In this document: piece after piece, positions 37,665 through 40,576 of the stretch
Layout of the letters: each line of letters begins with the position of its first letter
How positions within the stretch are numbered: the first letter of the stretch is position 1
From: a virus
Direction: 5' to 3' (one strand)
Virus record (IMG/VR): IMGVR_UViG_3300038545_000012
DNA length: 40,576 bases
Translations under genes and position numbers: made by a program
The notes under the pieces: generated by a model
Told to the model about the DNA's origin: nothing
What the model saw: only the letters and a program-made list of their open reading frames with translations
The model's database searches: none

Positions 37665-39337
37665 GTCTAGCCGCACTACGTAAGCAAATCGACCAAATAG
37701 CGCCAATCATTAAGGCGCAATCGGGCAACGTAGAAGAAACTGTCTACGGCGTGGTGGATAAAATCAATGAGGACGGTACGCCACACTTCATCCGCAAGTG
37801 GAAGGGTGTTATTGGCAATATGCGCCCAACGGATGAAGAGCCGACTATCTACATCATTGAGAAGTTAGAGCCTGTCATACTCAAGCATAAGAAGTACAAG
37901 TGTCTGTACGGCGGCAGGGCTGGCACGAAATCCATCATGGTGATGGATACCGTTATAGGTGACGTTAACGCTAACGGCTCTAAAGTGTTTGTGTTGCGTG
38001 AGCGCATGAAATCACTGAAAGATACCATTTACGCGGGTATTGTTGGGCGCATTGATGCACTAAAGATTAAAGGGTTCACGCCTGTTCCGTCTGAGCGAGA
38101 GGTGCGCCACAAGAACCGGGGCAAGATAACCTTTGGCGGTATGCAAAACATTATCGATATGAAAGGCTCGTTTGAGTACAAATATTTCTTGATGGAAGAA
38201 GCGGCGCGAACAAGCCAGCAAACCATTGATACATTAGGTCCGACGCTTCGTGGCGTTGATGGTGCTGAGCTTATCTACGTTTGGAACCCTGAAAGCGCAA
38301 ACGACCCTATGAGCCTAGAATTTATCGTGCCATTCCAAGCGCAGTTAGACAAAGATGGTTATTACGAAGATGACTACCACATGATTATAAAAGTAGGCTT
38401 CGAGGACAATCCGTGGTTTATGCACGACCAATCACTACGCGAAGAATACGAGAAAGATTTGCAGAAGAAAAACGAAGGCAGGATGTCAGAGGCCAGATTC
38501 AACCACATTTGGCATGGGGCTTTCAATGACGACATCGACAACAGTGTTATCAAAGCGGATTGGTTTGACGCGTGTATTGATGCGCATAAGAAGTTGGGAT
38601 TTGAAGCGCGCGGCGGTAAGGTTGCAGGATTTGACCCGTCAGACGTTGGTAATGATGCGAAAGGATACTGCTTACGTCATGGCGTGGTGTTTACTGATGT
38701 GCGCGAGATTGATGCAGAGGATGCGAATAGAGCCTTTGATATTGCTTCACGCGATGCTAAGGCTTCGGGTGTCGATACATTTGGTTGGGATTGTGACGGC
38801 ATGGGTGCTCTGTTGCGTGACCAAGCGGTTGCGAACTTTCAAGGTACAAAGGTTCACACTTTCATGTATAAAGGCTCTGAGGGTGTGCACAACCCCGAAG
38901 CAGTGTTTAAACCCGTTGGTGAGTATCATATCCGTGACAGCAAAAAGAACAAAGATGTATTTGGCAACAAGAAAGCGCAAAATATTATTAGCTTTGCAGA
39001 GCGTGTATACAAAACATGGGAAGCGGTAGTGTATAAGAAGTACATCGACCCTGACGAGTTGGTGAGCTTTGATAGCGAATCGATACCCGCCAAATATTTG
39101 CAAAAGCTAAGGTCAGAGGCATGTAGAATGCCGTTAAAACCAGACCACACATTTAAGTTTTATACAAAACAGGAAATGCGTAACGGCATTAGACAGCCTG
39201 ACGGTAGCAAGATAGTTATACCATCACCCAACCTATTTGATGCGGTGGTGCTATCTTTCGACAATAGTGCTAATATAACGCAAAGCAGAGTAAACAAAAC
39301 ACATAGGCCACAAGCCATGCGACCAATGGGGCGTTAA
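37661..39337 (+). CDS. terL: Terminase large subunit
   Basis: Walker A YGGRAGTKS, an ATPase followed by nuclease-sized halves, and its position upstream of the portal. Confidence 0.85.
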   Translation: MSLAALRKQIDQIAPIIKAQSGNVEETVYGVVDKINEDGTPHFIRKWKGVIGNMRPTDEEPTIYIIEKLEPVILKHKKYKCLYGGRAGTKSIMVMDTVIGDVNANGSKVFVLRERMKSLKDTIYAGIVGRIDALKIKGFTPVPSEREVRHKNRGKITFGGMQNIIDMKGSFEYKYFLMEEAARTSQQTIDTLGPTLRGVDGAELIYVWNPESANDPMSLEFIVPFQAQLDKDGYYEDDYHMIIKVGFEDNPWFMHDQSLREEYEKDLQKKNEGRMSEARFNHIWHGAFNDDIDNSVIKADWFDACIDAHKKLGFEARGGKVAGFDPSDVGNDAKGYCLRHGVVFTDVREIDAEDANRAFDIASRDAKASGVDTFGWDCDGMGALLRDQAVANFQGTKVHTFMYKGSEGVHNPEAVFKPVGEYHIRDSKKNKDVFGNKKAQNIISFAERVYKTWEAVVYKKYIDPDELVSFDSESIPAKYLQKLRSEACRMPLKPDHTFKFYTKQEMRNGIRQPDGSKIVIPSPNLFDAVVLSFDNSANITQSRVNKTHRPQAMRPMGR

Positions 39338-40576
39338 ATGCTAGACTTTCAAGACTTAAAGCGGATGCAAGAGAAAGCGTATCAACATGGTTACGATACG
39401 CGCTTGAAGGCCGCAGACGACATGCTGTTTGCATGGGTAACGCAATGGGATGACGAATATCTCAATGGCACTGACTTAGCCACTCGTTTTGAGTTTAACC
39501 TTATACGCAAGGCGCAACGGCAAATCCTAACTGACTTGGTGCTTAACCCTATTCAGGTTGATTTTGACCCGGTTGACGACACGTTTGAAAAAGCCTCTGA
39601 GATTATGGATGGTGCGTATCGTGCAGATATGCGTAACAACAAGTCGCAAGAGGCCAAAAAGAATGCCAATCAAGAAGCAGTGGTGTGTGGTGTTGGTGCA
39701 TGGCGCTTAACAACTGAGTACCGTAACAACCTTGAGGATGACGACAGACAACGCATTATACGCGAGCCAATCTTCGAGGCTAATAACCGTGTATTTTGGG
39801 ACCCTAACGCGCAATTAATCGACAAGTCAGACGCCAAGTATGTAGCGGTGCTTTACCCGTATTCGCACGATGCCTACAAAGAGCTATGTGAAGAATTAGG
39901 CTGCGAGTATACGCACCCGTCAAGCTTTGCAGAGCCAGAACATAGCTACACTTTCCCGTGGATTGGTACGGACGAAAAAGTTAACATCGTTAAGTTTTAC
40001 CATCGTGTGCTGAAGAAAGTTAAGTATTACACGTTTGCTGATGAGTTTGGTAATCGTCGCGTATTGCAGCAAGACGAAGTAGACGAAGATGATTTGATTG
40101 ATGGTGGCTTTGAGTTTGAGTCAGAGAAAACCGTTAAGCGTTATGTCGTTACTGAGTACATCGCAAGCGGCGCTGGCATTATGGCTGAAAACCGTATTGC
40201 AGGTGAGCATTTACCAATTGTACCGCAGTACGGTGAGCGTCAGTTTGTTGAAGGGGAAGAGCATTACGAAGGCATTGTACGTTTAGCCAAAGACCCGCAG
40301 CGATTGCGGAACTTCCAAATGTCATACCTAGCTGACATTGTTAGCCGTAGTGGTAGAAGCAAGCCTATCTTTACTGATGAGCAGATTGCTGGCTATGAGG
40401 ACATGTATAACCTCAATGGCCCTGATAACAACTATCCGTACCTCAAACAGAATCATTACGGCACTAATGGGGACCCGTTACCAGTTGGCCCTGTCGGTCA
40501 AACACCTGATGCAAACGTACCTCCTGCATTAATGGCAGCAATGGCTGAATCACGCGCAGCAGTAGACGACGTAGCA
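39338..40576 (+). CDS. Portal protein, N-terminal part (open to the window end; continues at 2..937)
   Basis: ATG 39338 immediately follows the TerL stop codon. There is no stop for 413 codons. VTQWDDEYL, GVGAWRL, GEHLPIVPQYGE and RLAKDPQRLRN match my recollection of P22 gp1. Confidence 0.9.
   Translation, partial: MLDFQDLKRMQEKAYQHGYDTRLKAADDMLFAWVTQWDDEYLNGTDLATRFEFNLIRKAQRQILTDLVLNPIQVDFDPVDDTFEKASEIMDGAYRADMRNNKSQEAKKNANQEAVVCGVGAWRLTTEYRNNLEDDDRQRIIREPIFEANNRVFWDPNAQLIDKSDAKYVAVLYPYSHDAYKELCEELGCEYTHPSSFAEPEHSYTFPWIGTDEKVNIVKFYHRVLKKVKYYTFADEFGNRRVLQQDEVDEDDLIDGGFEFESEKTVKRYVVTEYIASGAGIMAENRIAGEHLPIVPQYGERQFVEGEEHYEGIVRLAKDPQRLRNFQMSYLADIVSRSGRSKPIFTDEQIAGYEDMYNLNGPDNNYPYLKQNHYGTNGDPLPVGPVGQTPDANVPPALMAAMAESRAAVDDVA
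40450..40576. repeat. Exact copy of 1..127
   Basis: Direct comparison. Confidence 0.95.

Noticed and set aside
38514-39029. 171-aa alternative-frame ORF inside the large terminase gene (and the minus-strand ORFs 38747..39150)
   Set aside because: The TerL frame is continuous and carries the Walker A and conserved motifs. The alternative frames are Arg/Leu/Cys-rich with no start context.
40098-40532. Two 62-64-aa plus-strand ORFs near the window end, plus minus-strand ORFs 150..555
   Set aside because: They lie in alternative frames of the portal gene, whose frame is open from 39338 through the junction to 937 with P22 gp1-like motifs.
1-40576. Searched by eye for tRNA genes, CRISPR arrays, integrase/excisionase, a CI-type repressor, reverse transcriptase/DGR and DNA methyltransferases
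   Set aside because: I saw no T-loop-like GGTTCGAATCC motifs in the intergenic gaps, no regularly spaced direct repeats, and no ORF with the corresponding catalytic motifs. Absence by eye is not proof, so tRNAscan/HMM searches should confirm it.

Overview
The window is a complete, circularly closed tailed-phage genome. Positions 1-127 are identical to 40450-40576, so the unique length is 40,449 bp and the portal gene wraps around the window edge. The morphogenesis module is clearly P22-like. It runs TerS, TerL, portal, scaffold, P22 gp5-like coat, gp4-like adaptor, gp10-like hub, ejection-protein-sized genes, then a protein carrying the P22 tailspike head-binding domain. Two beta-helix tailspikes and a lysis cassette with an M15 endolysin follow. 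A leftward early operon (25846 down to about 20647) encodes RecT, a VRR-NUC-like nuclease, a homing-endonuclease-like gene, an SSB-like protein, MazG, a stand-alone GntR-type wHTH, DUF551 and many tiny membrane proteins. A rightward early/middle operon (25990-34478) encodes a Cro-like HTH, NinB-like and YbcO-like proteins, a replication initiator, DnaB, several small HTH proteins, YopX and many unknown small ORFs. I found no integrase, CI-type repressor, tRNA or CRISPR array. The items most worth a second look are listed here. (1) An AT-rich five-gene cassette on the opposite strand, wedged between portal and scaffold, with its own near-consensus sigma70 promoter. (2) A conserved TTAAC-N6-GACCAGTTA element at six to eight intergenic junctions, often beside hairpins, plus a reused GGAGATTGAAAG start region. 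(3) A branched receptor-binding module: a P22-type adaptor without an enzymatic domain plus two tailspikes. (4) A LamG + SASA/SGNH esterase gene with two unknown genes at the head of the late operon. (5) A Gln/Gly-rich virion protein ending in a self-cleaving S74 chaperone domain. (6) A lysis cassette with no recognisable spanins. All family assignments rest on motifs read by eye and recalled homologues. No database search was run.
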